Origin: Schizochytrium sp. TIO01
Lineage: Eukaryota > Protista > Bigyra: Labyrinthulomycetes
DNA: 64,000 nucleotides
Assembly (NCBI GenBank): GCA_004764695.1
Contig: SMSO01000025.1
Coordinates: 4,690,862-4,754,861, forward strand
Direction of reading: 5' to 3'
The translations under genes and the position numbers were made by a program. The notes beneath the pieces are model-generated. The model was not told where the DNA came from. It made no database searches and saw nothing but the letters and a program-made list of their open reading frames with translations. Each line of letters opens with the position of its first letter. The first letter of the stretch is position 1. Shown in pieces: positions 1 through 11,100 of this stretch.

Positions 1-326
1 CTATTTAGGTACCACGTACCACCTACTGGCTAGGAAGCTTGTTCTCCTTTTGTGATTTCCACTTGATCATTTTAATTTTCGCTTTTGTTAAGGAGCTCTC
101 TTCAAGAAGTTTGTTTCAAGATGACTGAAGAAACTATTAAATACATCATTCTTCGTAAGGAGGATTAACGAAGAAAATTATCAGCATGAAGTAAAACCCA
201 GCATGAACTCTAAATAAATTTACAATCAGAAATACTCAAAAAGCAGAACGCAACTAAACCAAAACATTACATTTCGACAAGAAGAAATAGAAAAAGTTTG
301 AATAAATGTACAAAATGAATATGGGT

Positions 327-2426
327 CTAATTTTGGTCAAAACTATCAGAGTGGTGGCCTAAAATGTACTCAGCTTCCTGTCGAGCAACAAGAGCCTTTG
401 CTCTGGAGCTAGGGCCCTTTCGTGATTTACGTGGAGAGCTGTGACGACTGGTTGTTGTATGTTCACTGGAAGGGTATGAGTCCATAGAGTAGGCACTATG
501 AGCATCCCAACGATGAGTATCCCTATAATTACGACTGAGCAAGCAATCAGCAGAATCTGTATCGAACTCGTCGAGGGAATCATTTCTTCGTGCAGCCTCA
601 ATTTGCACCTCCTCGTCCGTATCGTACACATCATCCATATCAGAAGTGGTGCCATCAATGATTGCTGCGCGGACCTTGGCAGAGTGTACCAAACTGTCAT
701 CAGCCATAGCCGACCATTTCATAGGTGAACTACGACGCTTCGGGTAAAGCTTGCTTTGCGGGGCTGGTAGTTTGGTTTTGCTGGATAGGTCCACTTCATC
801 AATATCAGAAAATTCTACGCCGCTGTCCCCGTCATCGACTTCCTCTACAACCAATCTTTGGACCTGAGACGAAGCAAAAGAATCCGATGCTGCACGAGAG
901 ACGGATCCATCCTCCTCATCTTCATCGCTCACAACAGAAGCAGCAACCTGTTTTTCATAGTTGCGCTGATGTTGAGCTCCTTTCCTAGAGTAGTCATCTT
1001 CTTCATCTTCGTCATCTTGCATGGACAGAGCGTCATCTTCTCTGCCTCTCCCAAGGTACGATTCCTCATCTTCCTCAACTTCATGGTCATCTTCAAAAGC
1101 AGAGTTCGTTTCTTCTGCACTCATTTCAGACTCCACCAGGTCTTCTTGGTAAACACGGCGCGCGCCACGACTACGGCCCCGAGGAGCTTCCTCAAAGTGT
1201 ACCATATCGGAGCGACTATGCTCAGACTGATCGTCCTCATCTCCTCTCAAACTGTCTTCCTCATCATCATGATCTTCTTCTTCACTGCTCTCGGCGTCCA
1301 TAGACATGGGCTTGAAAAGACCACGTCCTCGAGATATCGGCTTATTTGTAAAGCCAACGATTGACTCAGCATCGCTTTCATCTGATGACTCTTCAATTGA
1401 TGGTTTACGAAGCTTTCGCTGAGCAATCATTCGAGCTCGCGCAGAATTTAACTGTACAGTGGAATTCTCTTCATCTTGATCACTGTCACTGTCATCGTCA
1501 GAGTCTACTTTAACTGTTAATCCAGCATTATCGCCATCAGCAGAGGCCGCGTCACTAAGTTCTTCTTCAGCTAATTGTTGTTCCGCCTCACTTTCTTCTA
1601 AGTCAACCAAATCTTGCGCATGTTCATCGAGCATAGGACGTGATTCCTCTACTGCTTGAACAGGCTTCTCTTCTACGTTAGTCTCAGAAAGAGCATCCTC
1701 GCTGGCCTTTTGCTGTGATACTTGGGGCAAGCTTGGTCCTGTAGGCTTATTTGCAAATCTTAGATTCGCCGGTTTTAAGGCACTCTTTGCGTCTGTAAAG
1801 TAAGTTGGCAACTCGAACTTAAATTTCATCGATGTATCCTTTGGTTCCTTTTCAAGACCTCGAAATCTTTCAGGGAGAACATCCTTTTCCAAATCTTTTT
1901 CCTTTGCTTGAGCGTGGCAATCGATACTGTTCTCCGCTTCAAATGTTTTCTCTTGCAGCTCTGTATCTTTAACATCCTCACTGTCTGAGGTATCCTCAAT
2001 ATTCTCATTGTCTGTGCAAGTATCATCCTCTTCGTCCTCCTGCTCTTCATCACTCCCGCTCATTGGGTATTGAAGAGACGCAGGCAAGAAATACTTCTTG
2101 GTAGGTTCGACCTCGCCCTCCTCTTCCTCATTTGTCTCCTCCTCGTGATGGCGTTGCTTAGTTGCTACACCATTTCTGGTACTGATAACAGCCATAGTTT
2201 CTTCGATCTTGAAAAGGCCCTTTTCAGCAAGTAGAGGCTGATCTGGCTTGGTGGCACTTTCGACTTCGTGATTGCTTGTGGAGCGCGTGTCGACACTTGA
2301 AGAGCCAATGCTACTAATGAAAAGAGCAGAGTCGTTGGATGAGTTGAGAGCTGCCATAATCAATGAGCTACTAGCACTCTCATGTGACGTATCAGGTAAA
2401 GCTTTTGTTGACTCTTGCGTTGTTTC
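327..2426 (-). CDS. C-terminal acidic part of the same WW/SAM protein (-1 frame relative to the upstream ORF)
   Basis: The frame is open from 2426 (after TAA at 2429-2427) to the stop at 327. It overlaps the upstream ORF by 67 nt, has the same D/E/S composition, and leaves no intergenic space for a promoter. Confidence 0.75.
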   Translation of the reverse strand, partial: ETTQESTKALPDTSHESASSSLIMAALNSSNDSALFISSIGSSSVDTRSTSNHEVESATKPDQPLLAEKGLFKIEETMAVISTRNGVATKQRHHEEETNEEEEGEVEPTKKYFLPASLQYPMSGSDEEQEDEEDDTCTDNENIEDTSDSEDVKDTELQEKTFEAENSIDCHAQAKEKDLEKDVLPERFRGLEKEPKDTSMKFKFELPTYFTDAKSALKPANLRFANKPTGPSLPQVSQQKASEDALSETNVEEKPVQAVEESRPMLDEHAQDLVDLEESEAEQQLAEEELSDAASADGDNAGLTVKVDSDDDSDSDQDEENSTVQLNSARARMIAQRKLRKPSIEESSDESDAESIVGFTNKPISRGRGLFKPMSMDAESSEEEDHDDEEDSLRGDEDDQSEHSRSDMVHFEEAPRGRSRGARRVYQEDLVESEMSAEETNSAFEDDHEVEEDEESYLGRGREDDALSMQDDEDEEDDYSRKGAQHQRNYEKQVAASVVSDEDEEDGSVSRAASDSFASSQVQRLVVEEVDDGDSGVEFSDIDEVDLSSKTKLPAPQSKLYPKRRSSPMKWSAMADDSLVHSAKVRAAIIDGTTSDMDDVYDTDEEVQIEAARRNDSLDEFDTDSADCLLSRNYRDTHRWDAHSAYSMDSYPSSEHTTTSRHSSPRKSRKGPSSRAKALVARQEAEYILGHHSDSFDQN

Positions 2427-5400
2427 TTAGACTGCTCGTAAAATGCATCTTCATCATCACTCCACTCGCTTTTAACATGGCGAATGCGGCCAGCGCCGAG
2501 CAGGGGGCCTACGTATCCTTTAGAGGGGTCCCTTTTGACGTCACTATCTACAGTGTCTTCTTCGTCGTCGTCGTTCCCTTCTTCTTTCTTTGCTTTAGCG
2601 CGGGAATTCAAGACGGATGCCATTTGCTGCACTTTCGTAAGAGGCCTCTTCGGCTCTTCTGCGGTCTCCTCTCCAGAAGAATATGACAGACGGGTGGTTT
2701 TGGGCCATGGTTTTTGTTCGTCAGAAAAGAACGAGTCCATCGTAGGGGTACGGGATCGCGAAAGAAGCGGTCCTGTGTCAATGCGCGACTGTTCTTCATC
2801 TGAATCTGATTCGCTATCTTCGCCATCCGAAAGGCCGGCACTTCGATAATCAAATAGATCCCCTTCAGAGTCATGGCGTGGTCGCATAAACTCCAGACCG
2901 GCAAGACTATCGTCATCATCATCATCAATGCTTGGGCGGCGCTCCCTGATGCTAGATTTCGAGGTGGATCGCGAGGACTTTGAGCGAAAGCTCGCAATAC
3001 GATCGAACTTTTCGGCCGTGTTTGTGCCTGAGTGAAGAGGTGGTCTACCTGGACTCATGCTTCGTGTTGCACGTTCGCGTCCAAGGCCGAGTTCCTCATG
3101 GCTATTGTCAAGTTGAGCAAGACCGGCAAGAATTTCATCGTCGTCTGTATCCTCATTGAAATCTTCATCCTTAGCAGTATCCTTTTCATCATCCGCCTCA
3201 TCGCTGTTGTACTGTCCAACTTCATTGCTTTCTACGGATTCTAGGTGATCATTTTCGTCGGGGTCATCCGAACTCACAGACAGCGAGTCATCACCATCGC
3301 TACGACGCTTGGTTTCTTCCTCTTCCACAGACATAGTGACCTGTAATGTAACTCCCTTTTCAACATTTGAGACATTTTCTACATCTGAAACGTCTTCACT
3401 GAGGCGAACAAGAGCTCGACTGCTTCGTCTTGAGACTCGGCTCGTTCCATCCGTCTCAGTGCCACTTCCACCTTCGTCTTCAGAATCTAAAACAATTCGA
3501 GTGAGGCTGATGTCATTGAATTCCGAATATTCATCTTCTTCTGGTACTTCAAAGTCAGGTAATGAATCGCTACTTGCATCAGGCGAACCTTGCACCTTAC
3601 GTTCTTCCTCCTCGATGAAGAATTCAGTTGCCCAAACACGCTTAGCACCTGCATAAGCAGCAACAACATGTAACGGTGTAGGAGGTGTTGAAGGAGATGA
3701 TGGTACTTCCTCTGATTTCAAACTGGGAAGGGATCGAGGGGTTAGAGGAGGAGTAGGTCTCAACCCTTCACGAGCTTTAGAGATCATTTCCTGCGTAGCG
3801 ATTGGCCTCGACGGTCCAGTCTGTGAATTGCTGGGAGGAGGGGCAAGACCAGATTTTGCTGTGGCTAAAGATGCAGCGCTTATTTTCGAAGGAGTTGGAC
3901 GTAAGCCACTCAGAGCACCATCATCCTTGCCGCGAGCGAAAGCAGCGGCAGCCCACGCAGCAACACGGAACTTCCGCAAATTCTCAATGTCTTCTTTGCT
4001 CGTATTTGTGTCATAAAGCATCTTGTGGAAACTTGTTTGCCTCTCCCTGCCGTTCTCTTGCGTATCACTAGTAATGTTCACAACTTCCTCCTTAGGCTCT
4101 TCGAGAGTAAGTGCAGCAGTTTTAGATTGGCATGGTGTTTTAGAGAGCTGTTCTTTGGAAGAAATTTCCGGCTTGATAGTCACATCGTGTGTCGCGACGA
4201 TAGGCAAGTCTCTGGATTTTGTTTGCATATTATCTTCATTTCGCTTCTGCAACTCAGTGAGGCTCCTTTTTATCTTATCAGCATTATATTTTGAGCCATC
4301 ATCATATTCGCTATCATAAAACTCAGAATCGCCCGTTTCAGACATCTCCCCTTCATCACTGTCATAGGCAACAAGTCCATGCCGACTGCTAGAATTATTG
4401 GATCCACTGCCACCTGCCAGCACAGTTTTGAGCTTATTATCACAATCGTTGATAACACTGTCTTCATCTTCGTCCTCTTCCTCTTCCCCACTGTTATAAG
4501 CCAGCCCAGCACTACCATAGCCCCTGTCGGTAGCAAAGAGACTGTCTACTTCGGCACTCGCTAGCGACAGCATACGGGAATGGCGGCGATCTTTGGTGCC
4601 AACACTAGATGCGTCCGTTTGAGAAGCATACCCAGCAAAATTCCTTCGCCAGCGTGTAGACTTGTCGATAACAGCGTTTGGCAGCTCAATGTCCTCATCT
4701 CCTTCACTGGGCATAGAAAGCGATGCCGGATGGAGTGGTGGCATAGGTCCAGCTTGAATATGGCTCAAAGTTGAGGCTTCTCGAGGCGCTTCCGTTGAAA
4801 GCTGATGCACTTCAGCACGAGAGCTGGTAGTATAAATTGAATCCTCTTTATTCTCCTCTTCATCACTGCTTGCTCCATAGTCGTCGAGGGTGCGCCGAAT
4901 AATATCAGCATCGTCAGCGGATGAAAAAGAAAGTCGACTATCGGAGCCATGCGAGTCAGCTCGACCTATACGATGCATGCCTACGCTGGAATGTTTGTCT
5001 TCTTCAGATTCGGAGCCCAACTCCTCCTCTCCATCATCTTCCGAATCTGATGGGAAAGACAAGGACGATCTGTGCTTTGAGGACTCAGTTAGCTCAACAG
5101 CGTCAAGCTTGACATCATCAAGATCTGAGTCTTCATCCTCGTCTTCAGAATCTGACGTTTCTGAAGTGTAAGCATGAAGAGCTTGATCAGCGCCGTCAGA
5201 TTCTTCACCTTCTATGGCATTCCGTGCACTTCGAGAAAATGCTGTAGATTCTATATCGCTACCCTCTGCTTCCACTTCGTTATGATCATTGCTATTAGCT
5301 TCTTCCCCTCTGCTAGATAGGCTTGCATCAGATTCTCCAGAATCGCGTCGAAGCCTCTTTTCTTCATCTTCCTCCCCAAGGCCAGACTCTTCATCAGACT

Positions 5401-8047
5401 CTGATCCTGATGAAGATAGGGAGTCCTTGCGATCTTTGACGCTGCTACGATCCTCATCGCTATTGTGCGAATACTTTGCATTTACATTTTCATCTTCGGA
5501 GTCAACGTCTGATTCGTCTGAGGACTCGTTGTTAGCAACTTCCTGGGCATCCCCTGTCAGTATCTTTTGATTGGATTTATTTGCCAATGCAGCTTCATTG
5601 CCTGAGCTAGCTTCTACGTCGTCATTCCCGTCCTCCTCTTCGCTATCTTCTTCATCATTGTTGTCTCTTTTAGATGGCTTGCGAGACTCCTTTGCATGAT
5701 GAGGATGTTCCATATCGCTCTCTTCGTCGCTGTCATCGTTCTCCTCTTCATGCTCAGCATTTCCTTTGATAGCTGATCCATCATCGGCCTCGCCTTCCTC
5801 AGAAGATACAGCACCATCATCCTGCCCTTCACTTTGTTTGACATGTGATTTGTCTTTGCCATTCTTTATGTTATCACTGGACTCGTCATTGCTACCTTCG
5901 GACTCACTCTCTGAGCCTTCCTCTGTCTTTTCAAGGTCCTTGTTAGAAATATTGATAGGTCCGGCAATGTCATTGCTGTTTTCCTGTTCAATCGTGGCAT
6001 TGAATGCAGCTCGACGTTTGGCCCTCATTTGTGCAGGAGTCAATTTTTCATCCTCTTCATCGCTGGAAGAGCCTTCCTCTGAGTCCGCCTCAGATCCAGA
6101 TTCGTTCTCGTCTTCCGCTGACGAGGACAAAACCGATTTATGCTTTTTGTTTTCGTCAGACTGGGAGGCTTCATCTTCTGACTCTTCAACTGTGGAGACC
6201 TTCTCAACATCATTGCCATCTGCGTCCTTTTCTTTGTGAAACGTTTTGTCATGGCGTTCTTCACCCTCGTCGTTGTCACTTCCACTTTCTTCATCTTCGT
6301 CGTTGCTATTCGTTGATGATGATTTCGCGCTCGCTACGTTTGTAGAGGTGGTGTCTGAAACCTTTTTGATGCCAGGAGATTTGTCCTCTTCCTCTTCCTC
6401 GGCGTCCTCCTCCTCCTCTTCTTCTTCTTCTCCAGAGACCTCGGAAACTTCAGATTCTTCATCAGATCCTTCTTCATCAGAGTCTTCCTCCTCGCTTCCT
6501 GTAACTTCTTCGCCGGATTCCTCTTCAGATTCCTCTTCGTCGTCATCTTCATTTTTGGAGGCAGATTTAGGCTTTGCACGCTGTGCTTCTCCTTCTTCTT
6601 CTTCTTCCTCCTCCTCCTCCTCTGAGCCAGATTCCGATTCGGATTCATCGCTTGCAGAAGGATGCGCAATACGTTTCACAGTTTCATCACGAATATCCGG
6701 AATGTCATCATCTTCGTCAGTAGCAGCTTCACTATCTGTGCGAGAAGTATCAGTGTCTCTTCGTTCTCGAGATGAGGTTTTAAAGTGACGAAAGCTCACC
6801 TGATCACTAATGCGAACCTCGCGAAGCTTCTTGCCACGGCCAGAGCCCCGAATATCCTCCTCATCAATTGGAATCGCCCGCATGAGTCTAATAATATGCA
6901 TAAGTTTAACACGCTCGCCCATCTTAAAGCCCATTTCCTCTAGATGATTGTCAGTCAGAAAAAGCAGTTCTGGAAGTGTGACTTGCTCCTCTTTAAACTT
7001 CTCCGCATGCTGGCTCATATTGATCACTTTAAGGAGGTCCTCAATGTTGTGAACATCGGCCTGTGCCAGCGTATCTACGTTCAACGGACTATCTCGGAGG
7101 CCCTTGAGAGTATCGTGAATGGCAATTTTATCACTGTCCAGTAATTCCACGGAATTAGAATTATCCATTCGGGAAACAGTCTTGACAACATCACCTTTGG
7201 CATGACCTTGTGCAAGCTTAGAAACCGAAGCACCATTAAGAATTACAACACCTGGTCCTTTGGGCCTAGACCAAACCCGGTCGCCAGTGGCTTGATTTAC
7301 AAAATACCGCTCGCCTGAGCTTGTATCAATATTGGAGATCCAGACCTCCGTATTAGAGTTGCTAAGGTCATCCTTTTCCTCCTCGTCGCTCTGCTCGCCA
7401 TCAGAGTTGTCTTTCTCACGTGCAAGTGCCGCCCTTGAGAGACTCTGTCGATTAGTGTTCTTTTCAGCAGCAGATGTACCAACGCTGGATGCTCCCGTTG
7501 CACCTGCGCGAGCATTAATCCGAGACGCAGTGGTAGTTGTTGTTGGCTTTGACGCTGTGGAAGTTGAAGCTGATGTTGAGGATGCCGTAGATGCTGAGGC
7601 TGTAGACTTGGCTGCTGTGTTGGATTTAGCTCCGGCTGTGCTTGTAGTAGATGAGTTCGATGTTCCACGCAGGCCAAATCGTTTGTTGGCAGGCTGTGTT
7701 GTTGAGGTTGCAGATGTTGCTCCGCGTGTTGAGGATGATGTCGAAGAAGATGTGTTTCCGTCTTCACCTGATTTTTTCTTCTTAAACCGCTTGCTGAGAG
7801 ACTTGCCAACTTTCTTTGGTCCCTTTTTCAGGTTGCTGAAGTTACGCTTGAGGTTCCTTTTGAGCACAGCGAGCACTGAGTCCTTTTTCTCATTATGTGT
7901 TGACACAGTGGTTGTGTTGGCTCTCGCAGCGCTCCCTGAAGCTGTGCTTGAGGATGTGGCATTCCGTGTCTTCGTCGATGCGGAAGCTGATGAAGATGAT
8001 GCTGATGTGGAGTTGCCCGCACGGCCCTTCACGCCGAAACCTGGCAT
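2360..8047 (-). CDS. Giant acidic low-complexity protein with WW and SAM domains (N-terminal part; probably continues into 327-2426 across a frame break)
   Basis: 1895-codon ORF. WW motif VWISNIDTSSGERYFVNQATGDRVWSRP (~7262-7348). SAM-like IEDLLKVINMSQHAEKFKEEQVTLPELLFLTDNHLEEMGFKMGERVKLMHII (~6880-7050). The rest is S/T/A-rich and then D/E/S-rich and probably disordered. Confidence 0.85.
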   Translation of the reverse strand: MPGFGVKGRAGNSTSASSSSASASTKTRNATSSSTASGSAARANTTTVSTHNEKKDSVLAVLKRNLKRNFSNLKKGPKKVGKSLSKRFKKKKSGEDGNTSSSTSSSTRGATSATSTTQPANKRFGLRGTSNSSTTSTAGAKSNTAAKSTASASTASSTSASTSTASKPTTTTTASRINARAGATGASSVGTSAAEKNTNRQSLSRAALAREKDNSDGEQSDEEEKDDLSNSNTEVWISNIDTSSGERYFVNQATGDRVWSRPKGPGVVILNGASVSKLAQGHAKGDVVKTVSRMDNSNSVELLDSDKIAIHDTLKGLRDSPLNVDTLAQADVHNIEDLLKVINMSQHAEKFKEEQVTLPELLFLTDNHLEEMGFKMGERVKLMHIIRLMRAIPIDEEDIRGSGRGKKLREVRISDQVSFRHFKTSSRERRDTDTSRTDSEAATDEDDDIPDIRDETVKRIAHPSASDESESESGSEEEEEEEEEEGEAQRAKPKSASKNEDDDEEESEEESGEEVTGSEEEDSDEEGSDEESEVSEVSGEEEEEEEEDAEEEEEDKSPGIKKVSDTTSTNVASAKSSSTNSNDEDEESGSDNDEGEERHDKTFHKEKDADGNDVEKVSTVEESEDEASQSDENKKHKSVLSSSAEDENESGSEADSEEGSSSDEEDEKLTPAQMRAKRRAAFNATIEQENSNDIAGPINISNKDLEKTEEGSESESEGSNDESSDNIKNGKDKSHVKQSEGQDDGAVSSEEGEADDGSAIKGNAEHEEENDDSDEESDMEHPHHAKESRKPSKRDNNDEEDSEEEDGNDDVEASSGNEAALANKSNQKILTGDAQEVANNESSDESDVDSEDENVNAKYSHNSDEDRSSVKDRKDSLSSSGSESDEESGLGEEDEEKRLRRDSGESDASLSSRGEEANSNDHNEVEAEGSDIESTAFSRSARNAIEGEESDGADQALHAYTSETSDSEDEDEDSDLDDVKLDAVELTESSKHRSSLSFPSDSEDDGEEELGSESEEDKHSSVGMHRIGRADSHGSDSRLSFSSADDADIIRRTLDDYGASSDEEENKEDSIYTTSSRAEVHQLSTEAPREASTLSHIQAGPMPPLHPASLSMPSEGDEDIELPNAVIDKSTRWRRNFAGYASQTDASSVGTKDRRHSRMLSLASAEVDSLFATDRGYGSAGLAYNSGEEEEDEDEDSVINDCDNKLKTVLAGGSGSNNSSSRHGLVAYDSDEGEMSETGDSEFYDSEYDDGSKYNADKIKRSLTELQKRNEDNMQTKSRDLPIVATHDVTIKPEISSKEQLSKTPCQSKTAALTLEEPKEEVVNITSDTQENGRERQTSFHKMLYDTNTSKEDIENLRKFRVAAWAAAAFARGKDDGALSGLRPTPSKISAASLATAKSGLAPPPSNSQTGPSRPIATQEMISKAREGLRPTPPLTPRSLPSLKSEEVPSSPSTPPTPLHVVAAYAGAKRVWATEFFIEEEERKVQGSPDASSDSLPDFEVPEEDEYSEFNDISLTRIVLDSEDEGGSGTETDGTSRVSRRSSRALVRLSEDVSDVENVSNVEKGVTLQVTMSVEEEETKRRSDGDDSLSVSSDDPDENDHLESVESNEVGQYNSDEADDEKDTAKDEDFNEDTDDDEILAGLAQLDNSHEELGLGRERATRSMSPGRPPLHSGTNTAEKFDRIASFRSKSSRSTSKSSIRERRPSIDDDDDDSLAGLEFMRPRHDSEGDLFDYRSAGLSDGEDSESDSDEEQSRIDTGPLLSRSRTPTMDSFFSDEQKPWPKTTRLSYSSGEETAEEPKRPLTKVQQMASVLNSRAKAKKEEGNDDDEEDTVDSDVKRDPSKGYVGPLLGAGRIRHVKSEWSDDEDAFYEQSKKQRKSQQKLYLIRHMRVLVAH

Positions 8048-8568
8048 GATCTCCTGGCCTTTTGGTGATTAATCCTTTGTAAGGTGCACCTTTGTAGAGC
8101 CGCTCGTATGAATCCGCAAGTTTGTTATTTACGTCTTGTACGTTTCGTTATGTAAACGTGAGTTCCACCAGGACGGGCAAGGAGAAGACGATTGTGAAAG
8201 TTTTCTTTCAAGAAAGTAGTCAAGAATATACAACAAGTCGAGTGTCTTGTGCAGCAAGCTTCGCCCTGAGTTCTTTCAGAATGATTCTACGTAGCTTGCA
8301 CCAGATCACGCGTCTGATTTAGCCGCGGTTTGCCAGGTCTTTGCTTGTGTTTTTGCGTCGGGTTGAGCTCTGTCGGGGTGCAACACAGAAAAGTACAGCA
8401 GCAATTCCCCAATCGCCGATGTCTTGTTTGCGCCGCCAGAGTCCGCAAGTTCGTTGCTGTTTTTGAGTCACCAGCACACGACTGGATCAGGTCGATCTCC
8501 AAGGCCACTCGTGCCTTGAATGCGAGGCCTTGTTCTGCTCCCGATCGGTTTTGGCGCCCCCTCGCGCG
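8048..8568 (-). promoter_or_regulatory. ATG-free leader/promoter region of the WW/SAM gene
   Basis: No CAT on the + strand (no ATG on -) between the start codon and 8569. Confidence 0.45.
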
Positions 8569-10559
8569 CATGCACAAACAACCTTGAAAAGCGCACAATT
8601 GATTCACTATACATAGTAATACTAGGTACACAACAAATAGTCGGAAGATGAAAACTGCGAGTAAAACATTTATTTAACTTCTAGGTAGGAGTTCCTACCA
8701 ATTATCAGTAATAGGTGCTAGGCTATAGTAGTAGTAGTACATCCTTCATATTCTAATCAAAACCAACGAAAAACCAAATTCCTAGTTAGGAATACCTAGC
8801 CCCTCACCCATCGAGGAATGAAAGACATCCACAAGACAGGGTTTATGCCCTACTTCGTTTCACCTATACTCCATTTGCATTCCACACTCTGCAAGTCGTC
8901 TGTCGATTCGGAAATACAGAAATACTGTACTTCTACTACTTTGTGCCACGAGTCGCACGCGGTACACACTCGCTATCTTTCAAGGAATGATAGAACTCCC
9001 TTAGGTTTCATTAGGCCCATCCTGGTCCGCGGCACACACCGCGGCGAGGGCGAGGGTCCCGCAGAACTGACTACAGAGAGCCTTTGTGCGTGAAAACCAG
9101 CAAAGGCCTGAGAGGTACGGGCTCTAGCGACGGGCTCCGGGGCATGGAGGAGTTTTACGAGCATATTATCGATAATCTTGGTCTTGACGAGGCTTATCAG
9201 CTGTGTTTGACGCGGTTGCTGCGGCATATTTTGGGGTGAAAGACTGGTGGTACCGTCCGTGGTACAGTGGACTTGGTACCACAAGAGACGGTCCAATCCA
9301 GTTTTTCTGGTTGAAGTAGTAATTTCCAAGATGGGTGGAAAGGAATGCGTGGTACTACACAGGTATCTGCCTTCCTCTGTGAAAGCGATGTCTTGAGAAG
9401 TTCAAGTTGCTGGTTGGTTTGCTTGGTTCACGTGCATAGCAATGCTGGTGAAGGCTTTGAAGAATGCATCATGTATCCTGACCAGAGAAAAGCAAGCTTT
9501 GTGCTCATTATAATGAGTTGATCGTCGTTCTGAAACTGCCAAGCGCTGTGATGGTCCTGGGGAAAACGGGCAGTTTTCCAGAGATTATGACTCCGTGTGC
9601 ATGGCATGGAAGGTGTGAATGGTTGATCAGATGAGATCTGAATCAGTACGAAGTACTATAAGAATGTGAAGGATATAAAGGATGTGAAGCCGGCTAGTAA
9701 CCAACATTGGAGGCAGAAATGTGGTTGATTTTAAGAACATACCTAGCCTCCAGTATCTACTCTTGTGCGAGGTGTTCGTTGGTTTACCCCACAACAACGA
9801 AAACCTGCGTTTAGCATATCTGTTGATATATATAGATGTCAACTCGGTGTACACCATTGAGTTTTCAGAATGTTGAAAATTCATTTTTTTCCCGCGCTCT
9901 CTAATCGTATTTAGTAATGGTGCATTTCACCGACTTGAAAAAAAAACACACGGCAAATCCAAGCTCTTCGAGCGAGCCCCGAAGCTTGTTTCCTGAAGAT
10001 TGTTTCATGAATTCTCGCGGTGCTATCGAAAGGAATTGTAGCACAGACGGAAAACAGTCGAACGAGAGCGCCAAAAATTGGCCAGGCCTTTTGTTATGCC
10101 TGGGAGAAGCGAGAATCGTCGAGTTGTTGAGGCCTTCAGTAAGGAGGCTACTCAAGTGTCGAAATGTTCTACACTGACGGGTCATGCTATGCGGTCTCTC
10201 TTCAAAATGTCAAGCCGCCTGCAAGCGCCCACTCGAATTTTCTCTCTAAAGCCATACACATGCACTGAGCCTGTTCGACGATGATGATATTTCAACAAAT
10301 CGGAGGTGGCAGTGTAAGCCATGGAAAATTGATAAGCTACCAAGTTAGGGAGGGTGCCATAACATTGGCGAAATGTTACACTGTGTGAACGATATCTATC
10401 TTGGCATCTGAATCAGAGCGATTCGTGCAATACGAGTGTCTAGTATGTATATGTCGCTCTCGCTAATTAGGCATTCCTGTTGATCACTCCATCTATTTGG
10501 GTGTAACTCAAGCAACTGTCTATCATAATATTTACATGTCCAGATTATTATTCAACTAT

Positions 10560-11100
10560 ATGCCGGGCGAATATAACTCGTTGAGATCCATGTCCCAAAA
10601 CACAGACATACTACGAATGAGCCATTCACTAATGGTGCAAAGTTGGTCTGAGTTAATTAGTCTTGATATTGCAATTGCATTTGCACTGATTTAACGAGCA
10701 ACCCTCGTTGCCATTATATATTGCAAAGAACAGCAAGATTGTCAGCTGTGCGACTTTGGTGAGGCCCATGATCGTAGGCGAGCATCGTCGAGGCAGTCTC
10801 ACGGAGCGAGAGAGCACGGTCCACCAGTGTTCCAAGCATGCCATGATACTGATCCAACTATTTACATTGAGGGACTTTGCACTGCCCCAGACCGAAGGAT
10901 CCCGCGGCGTATCATTCAGAAGAAGCCTCGCAGGCTGCAGCCTCGACACCCGTTGAGGTCAAAGTATCCTACGCTTTATCGCACGCTGCCAGACGTGCAT
11001 CCTCTCCCTTCGACAGCCAATTGTGCATACGGCCAGCGCTCCGAGCTGTCTACCCCTGATCGACGCATCCATGGAATCCCAGGCCCACCAGCTCAACGGA
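10560..11100 (-). pseudogene. Degenerate TPR-like coding relic
   Basis: One minus-strand frame reads SAGRMHNWLSKGEDARLAACDKA*...YAAGSFGLGQCKVPQCK*LDQY...DRALSLRETASTMLAYDHGPHQSRTADNLAVLCNI*WQRG. This resembles kinesin-light-chain-type TPR helices with several in-frame stops. Confidence 0.4.

Noticed and set aside
2384-8072. Many + strand Ser-rich ORFs opposite the acidic gene (and 43470-44390, 55648-56484 opposite other genes)
   Set aside because: Antisense shadows of real coding sequence.
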